Part shown: piece by piece, positions 1 through 11,530 of the stretch
Layout of the letters: each line of letters opens with the position of its first letter
Position numbering within the stretch: position 1 is the stretch's first letter
DNA from: Chiloscyllium plagiosum
Lineage: Eukaryota
Assembly (NCBI RefSeq): GCF_004010195.1
Contig: NC_057719.1
Span: forward strand, 85,552,982 to 85,596,302
DNA length: 43,321 bases
Direction of reading: 5' to 3'
Made by a program: the position numbers and the translations under genes
The notes under the pieces: model-generated
What the model saw: the letters and a program-made list of their open reading frames with translations, nothing else
Told to the model about the DNA's origin: nothing
The model's database searches: none

Positions 1-1358
1 GCAAGTTGTTGGAGGGAATCCTGAAGGACAGGATGTACATGTATTTGTAAAGGCAAGGACTGATTATGGATAGTCAACATGGCTTTGTGCGTGGGAAATC
101 ATGTTTAACAAATTTGATTGAGTTTTTTGAGGAAGTAACAAAGACGATTGATGAGGGTAGATGTGATCTATATGGACTTCAGTAAGGCGTTCAACAAGGT
201 TCCCCATGGGAGTCTGATGAGCAAGGTTAGATCTCATGGAATACAGGGAGAACTAGCCATTTGGATACAGAACTGGCTCAAAGGTAGAAGACAGAGGGCA
301 GTGGTGGAGGGTTGTTTTTCAGACTGGGGGCCTGTGACCAGTGGAGTGCCACAAGGATTGGTGCTGGGTTCTTGACTTTTTGTCATTTACCTAAATGATT
401 TGGTTGCAAGCATAAGAGGTACAGTTAGTAAGTTTGCAGATGACACCAACATTGGAAGTGTAGTGGACAGCGAAGAGGGTTACCTCAGATTACAACAGAA
501 TCTGGACCAGATGGGCCAATGGGCTGAGAAGTGGCAGGTGGAGATTAATTCAGATAAATGCGAGGTGCTGCATTTTGGGAAAGCAAATCTTCGCAGAACT
601 TATACACTTATGGTAAAGTCCAAGCGAGTGTTGCTGAACAAAGAGACCTTGGAATGCAGGTTCCTAGCTCCTTGAAAGTGGTGTCGCAGGTAGATAAGGT
701 AGTGAAGAAGGTGTCTTGTATGTTTTCCTTTATTAGTCAGAGTATTGAGTACAGGAGTTGGGAGGTCATGTTGCGGCTGTACAGCACATTGATTAGGCCA
801 CTCTTGGAATATTGTGTGCAATTCTGGTCTCCTTCCTATTGGAAATATGTTGCAAAACCTGAAAGGGTTGAGAAAAGATTTACAAGGATGTTTCCAGGGT
901 TGGAGGATTTGAGCTATAGGGAGAGGCTGAACATGCAGGAGCTGTTTTCCCTGAAGCGTCAGAGGCTGAGGGATGACCTTACAGAGGTTTATAAAATCAT
1001 GAGGGGTATGGATAGGATAAATAGGCAAAGTCTTTTCTCTGGGGTCAGCGAGTCCAGAACTAGAGGGCAAAGGTTTAGGGTGAGAGGGGAAAGATATAAA
1101 AGAGACCTAAGGGGCACCTTTTTCACACAGAGAGTGGTATGTGTATGGAATGAGCTGCCAGAGGATGTGGTGGAGACTGGTACAATTGCAACATTTTAGA
1201 GGCATTTGGACAGGCATATGAATAGGAAGGGTTTGGAGGGATATGGACCGGGTGCTGGCTGGTGGGACTAGATTGGGTTGGGATATCTGGTCAGCATGGA
1301 TGGGTTGGACCGAAGGGTCTGTTTCCGTGCTGTACATCTCTATGACTCTATGACTCTA
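1..1358 (+). mobile_element. CR1 LINE, 3' part of ORF2 (reverse transcriptase) and 3' tail, decayed
   Basis: Frameshifted RT motifs DFSKAFNKVPH, SGVPQG, KFADDT and LEYCVQFWSP; ends in the CR1-type tail CTATGACTCTATGACTCT. Confidence 0.93.
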
Positions 1359-1680
1359 AATGTGCAACTTGAGAGATTCACAGGAACTGGTGCTTTCCAA
1401 GAGATTATCTGCACATTCTGTAGTGGCACAGGTAGACCAGCAGAGGGTAGCATTTTATACTTCAAACACAAGATGGATAGTCAGGAGAGGGAGAGAGATT
1501 CGAAGTTTTTGATCATCAATTTTTCTTTCGTTCATTCAAACTTCCTCCAGGACAAAGTGTGTCCCATTGCACGCTAAGGTGGACACACACCCACACACAC
1601 TAAAACGCAGAGGCACACATAGAAATACATATCAATGTGACCATCAGCATTGTACCACTTTAAACACAAGAGGAATTTCC

Positions 1681-1700
1681 AGAGAGAGAGAGAGAGAGAG
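1681..1700. repeat. (AG)n microsatellite
   Basis: 10 AG units seen directly. Confidence 0.9.
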
Positions 1701-1895
1701 TAGGTTTAACTCAATTTCAATGAATTCATCTCCAAAACAACAGAGAGCCTATCGCACAGAGATACAGACATAGGGATACACACAAACATAGAAACTGACA
1801 CTAACTCACTCACTAATATACACTAACACACACAGACCTACAAACGCACAAAGATAGTCAGATATAGATAACTAACATACATATACAGAGAGAGA

Positions 1896-2199
1896 AACAT
1901 TGTCCCAGTTGGATACATGTCCTTCATTGTCAGTGTGCATTAACATGAGGGCGAGCTGGTCGTGTTATTTTTGTTGTAAGCTGATGCTCATATATTCTGG
2001 TGGTGAGTCTCCTGCTCGTGTGTCCTGTATAATGTTTCTCACAGTTGCTGTGTGGTATTTTGTATATCACATTGGTCCTGCATGTAGTGGGTATGGGGGC
2101 TTCTGTCTGGGATAGCAGCTGGCAAAGTGTGGCTGTTTGTCGCTTTTCCCATAGAACATAGACGTCTTGTAGTTGGTTCTGAGACTTTTCTAATATAGG
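1896..2199 (-). mobile_element. Penelope-like element copy A, 5' half (GIY-YIG endonuclease region), inverted
   Basis: Minus strand translates RTNVIYKIPHSNCEKHYTGHTSRRLTTRIYEHQ (GIY-YIG-like); closely matches 10172-10482. Confidence 0.85.
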
Positions 2200-3540
2200 G
2201 TGAGGTCCAGGTTTATGATTAGGGCAAGGTTTAGAGTTAAGGCTTGGGTTAGGTTTAGGGATTGGGTTAGGGTTATGGTTAGAATTAGGGCTAGGATTAG
2301 GGATAGGTTTAGGGCAAAGGTTAAGATAGGTTTAGGGTTAGGGCTAGGTTTCGGGTTAGGACGAGTGTTAGTGTTTAGGGTCAGGTTAGTGATTGGGGTA
2401 GAGTTAGGATTAGGGTTAGGGCTAGGGTTCAAATTAGGGTTCGGGTTAGAGTTAAGGCTCGGGTTAGGGCTAGTGTTAAGATGAGGGTTAGGGCTAGGAT
2501 TAGAGTTAGGGCTAGGGTTAGGTTTAGGGATAAGGTTTGGGTTATGGTGAGGATTAGGGCTAGGATTAGGTTAGGGTAAAGGATAGGGTTAGGGTTAGGG
2601 CTCACGTTTGGGTGAGGGTCAGCGTTAGGTTTAGGGTTAGAGTTAGGGCTAGGGTTACAATCATGGTTAGGATTAGACTTAGGGCTACGGTTAGATTTAA
2701 CGTTAGGGTTAGGGCTAGGGTTAGGGATAGGTTTAGGATTAGGGCTAGCGTTGGGGTTAGGGTACTGGTTAGGGTTAGGGTCAGTTCTCAGGTAATGGTT
2801 AAGGCTAGAGTAGGGTGAGGTCTAGATTTAGAATTACGGCTAGGTGTAGGGATAGGGCTAGGTTTATATCTAAGGCTAGCATTAAGGATAGGGTTAAGGA
2901 TCAGTTATGGGTTCGGATTATGGTTAGGGTTTGGGTTAGGGTTAGAGTTAAGGCTAGGGTTAGGGTTGGGGATAGGGTAAGAGTTAGTTCTCGGGTTAGA
3001 GTTAATATTTGGGTTAGGTTGGGATTAGGGTTCGGATTAGGGCTTGTCTTAGGGTTAGGGCTATGTTTAGAGTTAGGGCTAGGTATATGATTCGCGTTAG
3101 GGATGGGGTTAGTGTTAGGATTAGGAACAGGGTTAGGGCTAGGGTTAGTGTTAGGTTTAGGGATAGTGTTAGGTTTAGGTGTAGAGTTTGGTGTAGGTTT
3201 AGCGTTCGGATTAAGACTTGGGTAAGATTTAGGACTCGAGTAAGGATTAAGGTGTGGGTTAGTGTGAGGCTTAGGTTTCGGGTTCGGGTTCGGGTTCGGG
3301 TTAGGGTTAGGTTTAGGGCGAAGGTGAGGGTTAGAGTTAGGGCTAAGATTAGATTTAGGGCTAGGGTTCAGGATAGGATTAGGGTTGGGGCTAGGTTTAG
3401 GGATTGGGCTAGGGTTAGGGTTAGGGCTAGGCTGGGGTTTTCAATGATGATTAGGGTTACCATTAAGGTTAAGTTTAGTTCTAAATTGAGGGTTCGGGTT
3501 AGGGTTCGTTCTAGGGTTATGGTTATGGCTAGAGTTAGGG
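2197..3540 (+). repeat. Degenerate telomere-like (TTAGGG)n satellite, G-rich on +
   Basis: Hexamer variants TTAGGG/CTAGGG/TTAGAG/TTCGGG throughout. Confidence 0.95.
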
Positions 3541-3709
3541 TGTTACAATACTGGGGCAGGCAAAACAAAGCCAATCCTGGGAATGCCTGGAGGCCTGGTG
3601 TTGATCCACTGATGCCAGAAACAAACATGTTGAGATAGACCCCCATCTACAGACCTTTACAGTACAAAGCTGGAAATAGAAACACACGCCATGACTGATG
3701 AAAACCGTA

Positions 3710-3839
3710 GGAAAAAGTGAGGTCTGCAGATGCTGGAGATCAGAGCTGAAAATGTGTTGCTGGAAAAGCGCAGCAGGTCAGGCAGCATCCAGGGAACAGG
3801 AGAATCGACGTTTCGGGCATAAGCCCTTCTTCAGGAATC
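3710..3839 (-). mobile_element. ~130-bp non-autonomous PLE-type mini-element with hammerhead core, copy 1
   Basis: Flanked by CCGTA direct repeats (3705-3709, 3840-3844); absent from the homologous site in the other PLE copies; same family as 20969-21099 and 41224-41511. Confidence 0.8.
3804..3838 (-). ncRNA. Minimal type I hammerhead ribozyme motif
   Basis: Minus strand reads UUC-CUGAAGA-A-GGGC-UUAU-GCCC-GAAA-CG-UC-GA. Confidence 0.65.
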
Positions 3840-3979
3840 CCGTATAAATTCTGGGGAGGGTCACAACAACAATGCCTGATCCAGAGGCTGCCCCGCACCA
3901 ACGATGTCACCCAGAAGGGGGACGAAGTGTTTGCAAAAATCAAACAGGCTCAGTGAACCGAACACCAACACGAACACAA

Positions 3980-4479
3980 NNNNNNNNNNNNNNNNNNNNN
4001 NNNNNNNNNNNNNNNNNNNNNNNNNNNNNNNNNNNNNNNNNNNNNNNNNNNNNNNNNNNNNNNNNNNNNNNNNNNNNNNNNNNNNNNNNNNNNNNNNNNN
4101 NNNNNNNNNNNNNNNNNNNNNNNNNNNNNNNNNNNNNNNNNNNNNNNNNNNNNNNNNNNNNNNNNNNNNNNNNNNNNNNNNNNNNNNNNNNNNNNNNNNN
4201 NNNNNNNNNNNNNNNNNNNNNNNNNNNNNNNNNNNNNNNNNNNNNNNNNNNNNNNNNNNNNNNNNNNNNNNNNNNNNNNNNNNNNNNNNNNNNNNNNNNN
4301 NNNNNNNNNNNNNNNNNNNNNNNNNNNNNNNNNNNNNNNNNNNNNNNNNNNNNNNNNNNNNNNNNNNNNNNNNNNNNNNNNNNNNNNNNNNNNNNNNNNN
4401 NNNNNNNNNNNNNNNNNNNNNNNNNNNNNNNNNNNNNNNNNNNNNNNNNNNNNNNNNNNNNNNNNNNNNNNNNNNNNNN
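3980..4479. other. Assembly gap (500 N)
   Basis: N run. Confidence 1.
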
Positions 4480-6690
4480 CCCTAACACTAATGCGAGGTC
4501 TAACCATAACCCTAATCCTAAACCAAAACCTAACCCAAACCCTAACCCTAGACCAATTCCTAACCCTAACCCTAGACCAATTCCTAACCCTAAACCTAAC
4601 ATGACCCCAAACACTGACCATAGCCCTAACCATAATCCTAATCCTATCCCTTACCCTATCGTAAACCTAGCCCTAACCCTAACTCATATATTAACCCTAA
4701 TCCTAACCCTAGATCGAACCCTACCCCTAACCCTATTCCTAACCCTTGCTCTAACTCTAACTCAAGTCCTAACTTGAACCCTAGTGCTAACCCTAACACT
4801 AACCCGAATCCAAATCATATCCCGAACCCCAGCCTTTAGTCTAACACTAGCCCTAACTCTAACCCCAGCCATTACCGTAAATGTAACCATAACCCGATCC
4901 CTAAGCCTCGCCCTAAACTTAACACCAGCATTATCCCTAAACCTAGAAATAATCCTAAACACAGACCTCACCCCAACCCTCGTCCTAACCATAACCTTAG
5001 ACCAAACCCTAACCCTAAACCTACCGTAGCCCTAGACCTAACCCTAACCCAAAACCGTACGCAAACACTAACCCTAACCCTAACCCTAACCCTAACCCTA
5101 TCCTTATCCTTTACCACCCCGAAACCTAGCCTTAATCCTAACCTTAACCCTAATTCTAACCCTAACCCTAACCCTAATCCTAACTCTAACCCTAAACCAT
5201 CTCTAATCCTGACCCTAACTATAACCCTAACCCAAACCGTAACCCGAAGCCTAACCTGGAGCCTCATCCTAACTCTCACCCGAGCCATAACTCTCACCCT
5301 AGCCTGAAACCTACCCTCGCCTTAACCCTAACCCTAATCCTAACCCTATCCCTAAACTTAATCCTACCCCATCCCTAAATCTAGCCCTAATCCTAACCCA
5401 AACGTTAACCCAAGCCCTAACCGATCCCTAAACCTAGCCCTAAATTTAACACTAAACCCAACCCTAGCCCTATTCATAACGCTAGCTCTAACCATAACCA
5501 TAGGCCTAACTCAAACCCGAAGCCTGACACTAATCCTCACCCTAGCCCTCACCCGAATCCTAAACTAATTCCTAACCCTAACACTATCCCCGACCCTAAC
5601 ACTAACCCTAGCCCGAACACTAACCCTAACGCTAGCTCTAATCCTAATAATATCCCGAGTCCTAGCCCTAACTCTAATCCTAACCCGATCCCTAGCCCGA
5701 AACAGAACCCGAAACTTAATCCTTGCCCAATCCCTATACCTAACCCTAATCCTAAACCTAGACCTCACCCTCACCCTAGCCCTAACCATAACCCTAGACA
5801 TATCGCAAACTGTAACTCTAGCACTAACCCTAAACCTAAACCTAACCCTATTGCAGTCAAAACCTAACCCTAATCCTAGCCTTAACCCTAACCCTATCCC
5901 TATCCCTAACCTTAACTCTAACTCTAGCCCTAAATCTAACCCTATCCCTAATACTCATGCTAACCTTCGCCCAATGCCTAAACCTGACCTTATTCCTAAA
6001 CCTAGACCTCACCATTACCCAAGTTCTAACCATTACCCTAGACATAACCCTAATCTAACACTATCCCAAACTCTAAACCCTAACCCTAAACCTAAACCTA
6101 ACCTGAAACCGAACCTGAACCCTAATTTTAAACCTAGTCCTAATCCTAATGCTGTCTGTATGCCTAACCTTAGCCCTAACCCTAACCCTAACTCTAACCT
6201 TAGCCCTAACCCTAACTTTAACCCTAACTCTAACCCTAGCCCTAACCCTAACCCTAACCCTAACCCTAGCCCACGTCTGACCCTCACGCTAACTATAACC
6301 CTCACCCTAAACCAAAACCGATCCTTAACCCAAGCCCTAAACCTAATCCTAAACCTCACCCTAGACCTACCCCTAAACTTAGCCCTAATTCTAAACCTTA
6401 ACTGCACTCTAACCGTAGACCTAACCATAACCCCAGATCTAATCCTAACCCTAACCCCAGCCCTAACCCTGACACTAGCCTAAATCCTATCCCTACCCCA
6501 GGCCCTAACTCTAGCCCTAACACTAACCCTAGCACTAACTGTATCCCTAGCCATGGCCCTAACCCTAACTCTCGGCACATCTCTAACCCATCCCTATTCC
6601 TAACCCTAGCTCTAGCCCTAACCGTATCCCTATCCTTGGCCCTAACTCTAATCCTAATCCTAAACCTAGATCTGTCCCTAAACCTAGCAC
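4480..6690 (-). repeat. Degenerate telomere-like satellite, C-rich (CCCTAA)n on +
   Basis: CCCTAA/CCCTAG/CTCTAA/ACCTAA variants, with only short perfect runs. Confidence 0.95.
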
Positions 6691-6737
6691 CGTCCCCCAG
6701 GATAGACATGCCAGAGGAAGTCACCAGTTGTGGGTTT

Positions 6738-9055
6738 ACAGAGTCTGAGAGTCATCAAGTTGCCCAGCAGAGAAACAGCTCCTTCAGACACTATGGGCCA
6801 TATCCCTTTAATTCCTTCCTATTCAAACGCCCTTCCAGATGCCTTTTAAATGTTGTGATTGCACCAGCCTCCACCTCCTGTGACAGTTCATTCCATAACC
6901 CCAAACTTAACACTGACACTAGCCCTATCCCTAACACAAGCCCGAAGCCTAACCCTAATCCACTTTTAAATCTTTCCCCTCTCACCTTAAACCGATGCCC
7001 TCTCGTTTTGGGACTCCCTTACCCTGGGAAAAAAAGGCCTTGGCCTTTCACCCTATCCTTGACCCTCATGATTTTATAAACTTCTATAAGGTCAGCCCTC
7101 AGCCTCCAATGTGTCAGGGAAAATAGCCCCAACCTATTCAGCGTCTTCCAAGAGCTCAAAGTCCTCCAATCCTGAAACATCCATGTAAATCTTTTCTGAA
7201 CCCTTTCAACCCTAACAACTTCCTTTCTCTGGCAGGAAGACCAGAATTGAATCCAGTTTTCCAAAACTGGCAGAACCAATGTCCTGTGCAGCTGCAACAT
7301 GACATCCCAACTCTTACACTCAATGTACTGACCAATAAAGGCAAGCATATCAAACACCTTCCTCACTCCCCTGTTTACCTGTGACTCCACTCTCACAGAA
7401 CTGTGAACCTGCACCCCCAAGGTCTCTTTGTTCGGTAACACTTCCCAAGACCCAACCATTAAGTGTATANNNNNNNNNNNNNNNNNNNNNNNNNNNNNNN
7501 NNNNNNNNNNNNNNNNNNNNNNNNNNNNNNNNNNNCTCTGGATTCCATGTGATCTAACCTTGTTAATGAGTCTATCATGCGGAACCTTGTTGTACGATTT
7601 AGTGAAGTCCATATCGACAATGTCCAATGTTTCCATCAATCTTCTTTTCTATCTTCTCTATCGCTTCTTCAAAAAGCGTCAATCAAGTTAGTTGGACATG
7701 ATTTCCCACACACAAAACCATAATGATTACTCTTAATCAGTCCATGCCTTTCCAAATACATGTAAATCCTGTCTCTCAGGATCCCTTTGAACAACTTACC
7801 CATCACTGACGTCAGGCACCTGGTCTGTATTTCCCTGTTTTACCCCATCCTGTTTCTTAAATAATGGCACAACATTAGCCAACCTCCAGTCTTCCAGCTC
7901 CTCACACGTGACTATCAGTGATACAAATATCTCAGCAAGGGGTACAGCAATCACTTCCCCAGCTTCCTGCAAACTTCTGGGGTATAACTGGTAAGATTCC
8001 GGAAATGTATCCATCTTTATACATTTTCAGATGTCCAGCCACTCCTCCTCTGTAATATGGATACTTTGCAGGGAACCACTATTTATTTCTCCAAGGTCTC
8101 TAACTTCTATGTTCTTCTCCACAGTAAGTACTGATACAAAATACTCAAATACCATTCATCTCTTACAGTTCCACACATGGACAGCCTTGTTGATCTTCAC
8201 AGGGCCCCATCCTTTACCTAGTTACTCTTTTGCCCTTAATGTACTTGTAGAATCTCTTTGGAGTCTCTAATCTCCATTTGCCAAAGCGATCTCATGTCCC
8301 TTTTTGCCCTCCTGGTTTCCCTCTTGAATAGACTTGTACTCCTTGAGGGATTCACTCGATCCCATCTGTCTATGCCTGACATATGTTTCTGTCTTTTTCC
8401 AGACCAGACCCTCAATTTCTCTCATAATCCAACATTCCCTGCACATACCAGCCTTGCCCTTCACACTAACAGGAACATACTGCCTCTGAACTCTTGTGGT
8501 CTTACTTTTGAAGGCCTCGCATTTTCTAACGATCCCTTTACCTCTGAATATCCGATCAAAGACAATGTTTGAAAGTTCTTGCCTAATACTGTCAAAATGG
8601 GCCTTAATCCAATTGAGAACTTTGACTTTTAGATCAGGTCTGTCCTTTTCCATAACTATATTAAATCTAATAGCATTATGATCACTGAGCCCAAGGTTCT
8701 GCCCCACTGATAACTCAGTCACCTGCCCTGCCTTATTTCCCAAGAGATGGTCACACTTTGCTCTTTCTACAGTAGGTACATCCACATACTGAATCAGAAC
8801 ATTTTCTTGTACACGTTTAACAACATGCTCTCCATCCAAGCCCTTAACACTATGCCAGCCCTAGCCTATGTTTGAAAAGTTAAAATTCCCTATTATTACA
8901 ACCCTATTATTATTTAGGTATCTGTGATCTCCGCATAAATTAGCTTTTCAATTTCCTGCTGACTACTGGGTGGGCCTATGGTACAATCTGTATAAAGTGA
9001 TCATCCCTTTCCTTTTCTCAATTCCACCCATAACTTCACTGGACGTACTCCCAGG
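6738..9055 (-). mobile_element. CR1 LINE ORF2 (APE endonuclease C-terminal part and RT), decayed; contains gap 7470-7535
   Basis: Minus-strand remnants GLSDHNAIRF, EDWRLANVVPLFKK, DFTKSYNKVPH and IQFWSS. Confidence 0.9.
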
Positions 9056-9270
9056 AACATCCGCCCCGGGTACAGCTGTGTTTGTCTCGAACCTTGCCCA
9101 GGTGTAGAGGTGGCATGAAGCAGCTGGGTCACGCTGCCCGGTAACAAAGCAATTTTTACCGGGTGGCAGTTCCTGAACAGCAATGTCTGTCTGTTGGCAA
9201 GGAACACTGAGCAATGTGGCTTGTCATTCCCACAATTGAAACCATAATTGCAGTTTGATCAGGATTAAGA

Positions 9271-9294
9271 TTAGGGTTAGGGTTAGGGTTAGGG
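9271..9294 (+). repeat. Perfect (TTAGGG)4 tract
   Basis: Seen directly. Confidence 0.95.
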
Positions 9295-9679
9295 TTTGAC
9301 CCATTAGGTGAGTTGAGGTTAATTCCCAGGATGGCAAGATTACAACAGCAGAAAGAACTCTCCTAGGATAAGGGGCTGGAGAGGTTGTTCAACTCTGGGC
9401 TCAATGGTGACGAGCTAATATTGATAACCTTTGACATTGGAGGCTTGAAGAATTCAATGAGGAAGGTAACTTTCAAGTTTGAAGGATCTGAGAGTTTGAT
9501 CCTGGCTGCCATCATCCAAGGGTGCCAGTGTTTTGAGGAAATGGCTCTCTCTGAGCTCAACTCCAGTTAGAATGACTCTCAGTCTCCTTGTTGCCTCCCC
9601 CACAGAATAAATATTGCTGGGTAGTTCCAGCGACTGGAGGGGGAGCAGGTATATGGCCCTCAGTAGAGTGCTTCAGGTA

Positions 9680-9845
9680 ATCTCAGTGCTGAGCCCCAGG
9701 CTTCAAACCCTAACCCTAACCCTAACCCGAAACCTATCCCTATCTCTAACCCAAACCCTAATCCTAAACCTATCCCTAACTCTAACCCAAACCCTAACCC
9801 TGAACCTATCCCTAACTCTAACCCCAATGCTAACCTCAGTTTCCG
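9680..9845 (-). repeat. Degenerate CCCTAA-like satellite
   Basis: CCCTAA variants; its end resembles the 45-bp unit at 13361. Confidence 0.9.
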
Positions 9846-9849
9846 GTTT

Positions 9850-10628
9850 TGGTGAAGATCTGTCTCTCAGGTTGTGTTCGTGTTGGTGTTCGGTTCACTG
9901 AGCCGGTTTGATTTTTTGCAAACACTTCGCCCCCCTTCTGGGTGACATCGTCAGTGCGGGGCAGCCTCTGGATCAAGCATTGCTGTTGTGATCTCCCCAG
10001 ATCTCCCCAGGTTTTCGTCAGTCATGGCGTGTGTTTCTATTTTTGGCTTTGTACTGTAATGGTCTGTAGATGGGGGTCTATCTCAACATGTTTGTTTCTG
10101 GCTCCAGTGGATAAACTCCAGGCCTCCAGGCATTCCCGAGATTGGCTTTGTTTTGCCTATCCCAGTATCGTAACATTGTCCCAGTTGAATACATGTCCTT
10201 CATTGTCAGTGTGCATTAACATGAGGGAGAGCTGGTCATGCCGTTTTTGTTGTAAGCTGAAGCTCATGTATTTTAGTGGCGAGTTTCCTGCTCGTTTGTC
10301 CTGTTCAATGTTTCTCACAGTTGCTGTGTGGTATTTTGTGTATTACATTGGTCCTGCATGTAGTTGGTATGGGGACTTCTGTCTTGGATAGCAGCTGGCA
10401 AAGTGTGGCTGTTTGTGTGCTGTCACTTTTCCCAGAGAACATAGACATCTTGTAGTTGGTTCTGAGACATTTCTAATATAGGACAAGTTGGTCAGTGTGC
10501 TGGGGTGCACAGTGTCTCCTTGGTGTTGCTAGGCATCGACAGATGAAGCTGTTATGGTACCTATTAATGGCAAGATTTTGTATAGATGTTCCTCTTACTT
10601 TTTGCCCAGTTCTAGGGTGTTGCAAAGT
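9850..10628 (-). mobile_element. Penelope-like element copy B (RT C-terminus, GIY-YIG, 3' UTR)
   Basis: Minus strand translates RTNVIHKIPHSNCEKH*TGQTSRKLATKIHE; homologous to copies A and C. Confidence 0.85.
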
Positions 10629-10639
10629 ATTATATCTTG

Positions 10640-11530
10640 GTAAAATGATAATGATAAGGAAGGACATGAATAACATGATTCTACCAGCAAACAAAGGTCG
10701 CCTGGCCGTAGTAATGAATAAATCAGACGACATCGCAAAAGCTCAAAAACTGTTTGCAGATCCCAACAGTTACCAACAGAGGGAGTCAGACTCCATACCA
10801 CAATTAGAGAATACGATTGCCTTCATGCGAAAGAAACTGGAAAAAGCAGGACAGGGAATAAGAATGGATTTCCAAAGATTGAAGCCTGAAGGTTTAATCA
10901 CCCCATGCTTTTACAGACTCCCCAAAGTGCACAAGCCTGACATCCTCCTCAGACCCAAAGTCTCCATGCTGGGCACACCAACACACAGGTTAGCCAATGA
11001 GCTGCACCGCAGACTGAAACACCTCATCGCAGGTTCAACACACTCCATCCACTCAGCACTGTAATTCCTCATCAACATCAGAGATACAAAAATCAAAGAG
11101 AATGAACTGATGGTCTCATTCGATGTGACAGCGCTGTTCACCTTTATTAACATAACACTGGAATAGGAAACACCAGCCACACTTCTGTTCATGAAACAGA
11201 GCTATGTCAAGACTCTGTTTAACCAAGGCTATAACACCATTGCAACCCCCAGAACTCTGCAAAAAGCCAGAGGAGCACCTATACAAAGTCTTTGTTAATA
11301 ATGAGTACCCTAACAGCTTCATTTGCCATTGCCTGCCATGCAAACAACACCAAGAAAACACTGTGCATTCCAACACACTGATCACTCTATTCGAGATGAG
11401 ACACATCTCTAAACTGACTACAAGATTCCGACTTTCTCTGGGAAAAGTGACTGGACACAAACCAACAGACACACTTTTCCAGCTACTATCCAAGACAAAA
11501 GATCCCAAACCCACTCCATGCAGGACCAAT
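10640..11530 (+). mobile_element. Penelope-like element copy C, RT region (internally deleted)
   Basis: ILPANKGRLAVVMNK, FYRLPKVHKPDILLRP and MVSFDVTALFT are characteristic of PLE RT. Confidence 0.9.

Larger units (their letters stand above)
3541..3979 (+). mobile_element. Penelope-like element copy A, 3' half and 3' UTR
   Basis: Reverse complement of ~9872-10175 and similar to 13070-13350; interrupted by an insert at 3710-3839. Confidence 0.85.

Noticed and set aside
3872..4777. Long ORFs spanning N runs
   Set aside because: Artefacts of the assembly gap
2197..6690. Ancestral telomere-telomere chromosome fusion site
   Set aside because: The split PLE indicates a local inversion, and a gap makes the orientation uncertain
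2190..6724. RV-, LG-, PN- and LT-rich ORFs
   Set aside because: Translations of hexamer satellite; not genes
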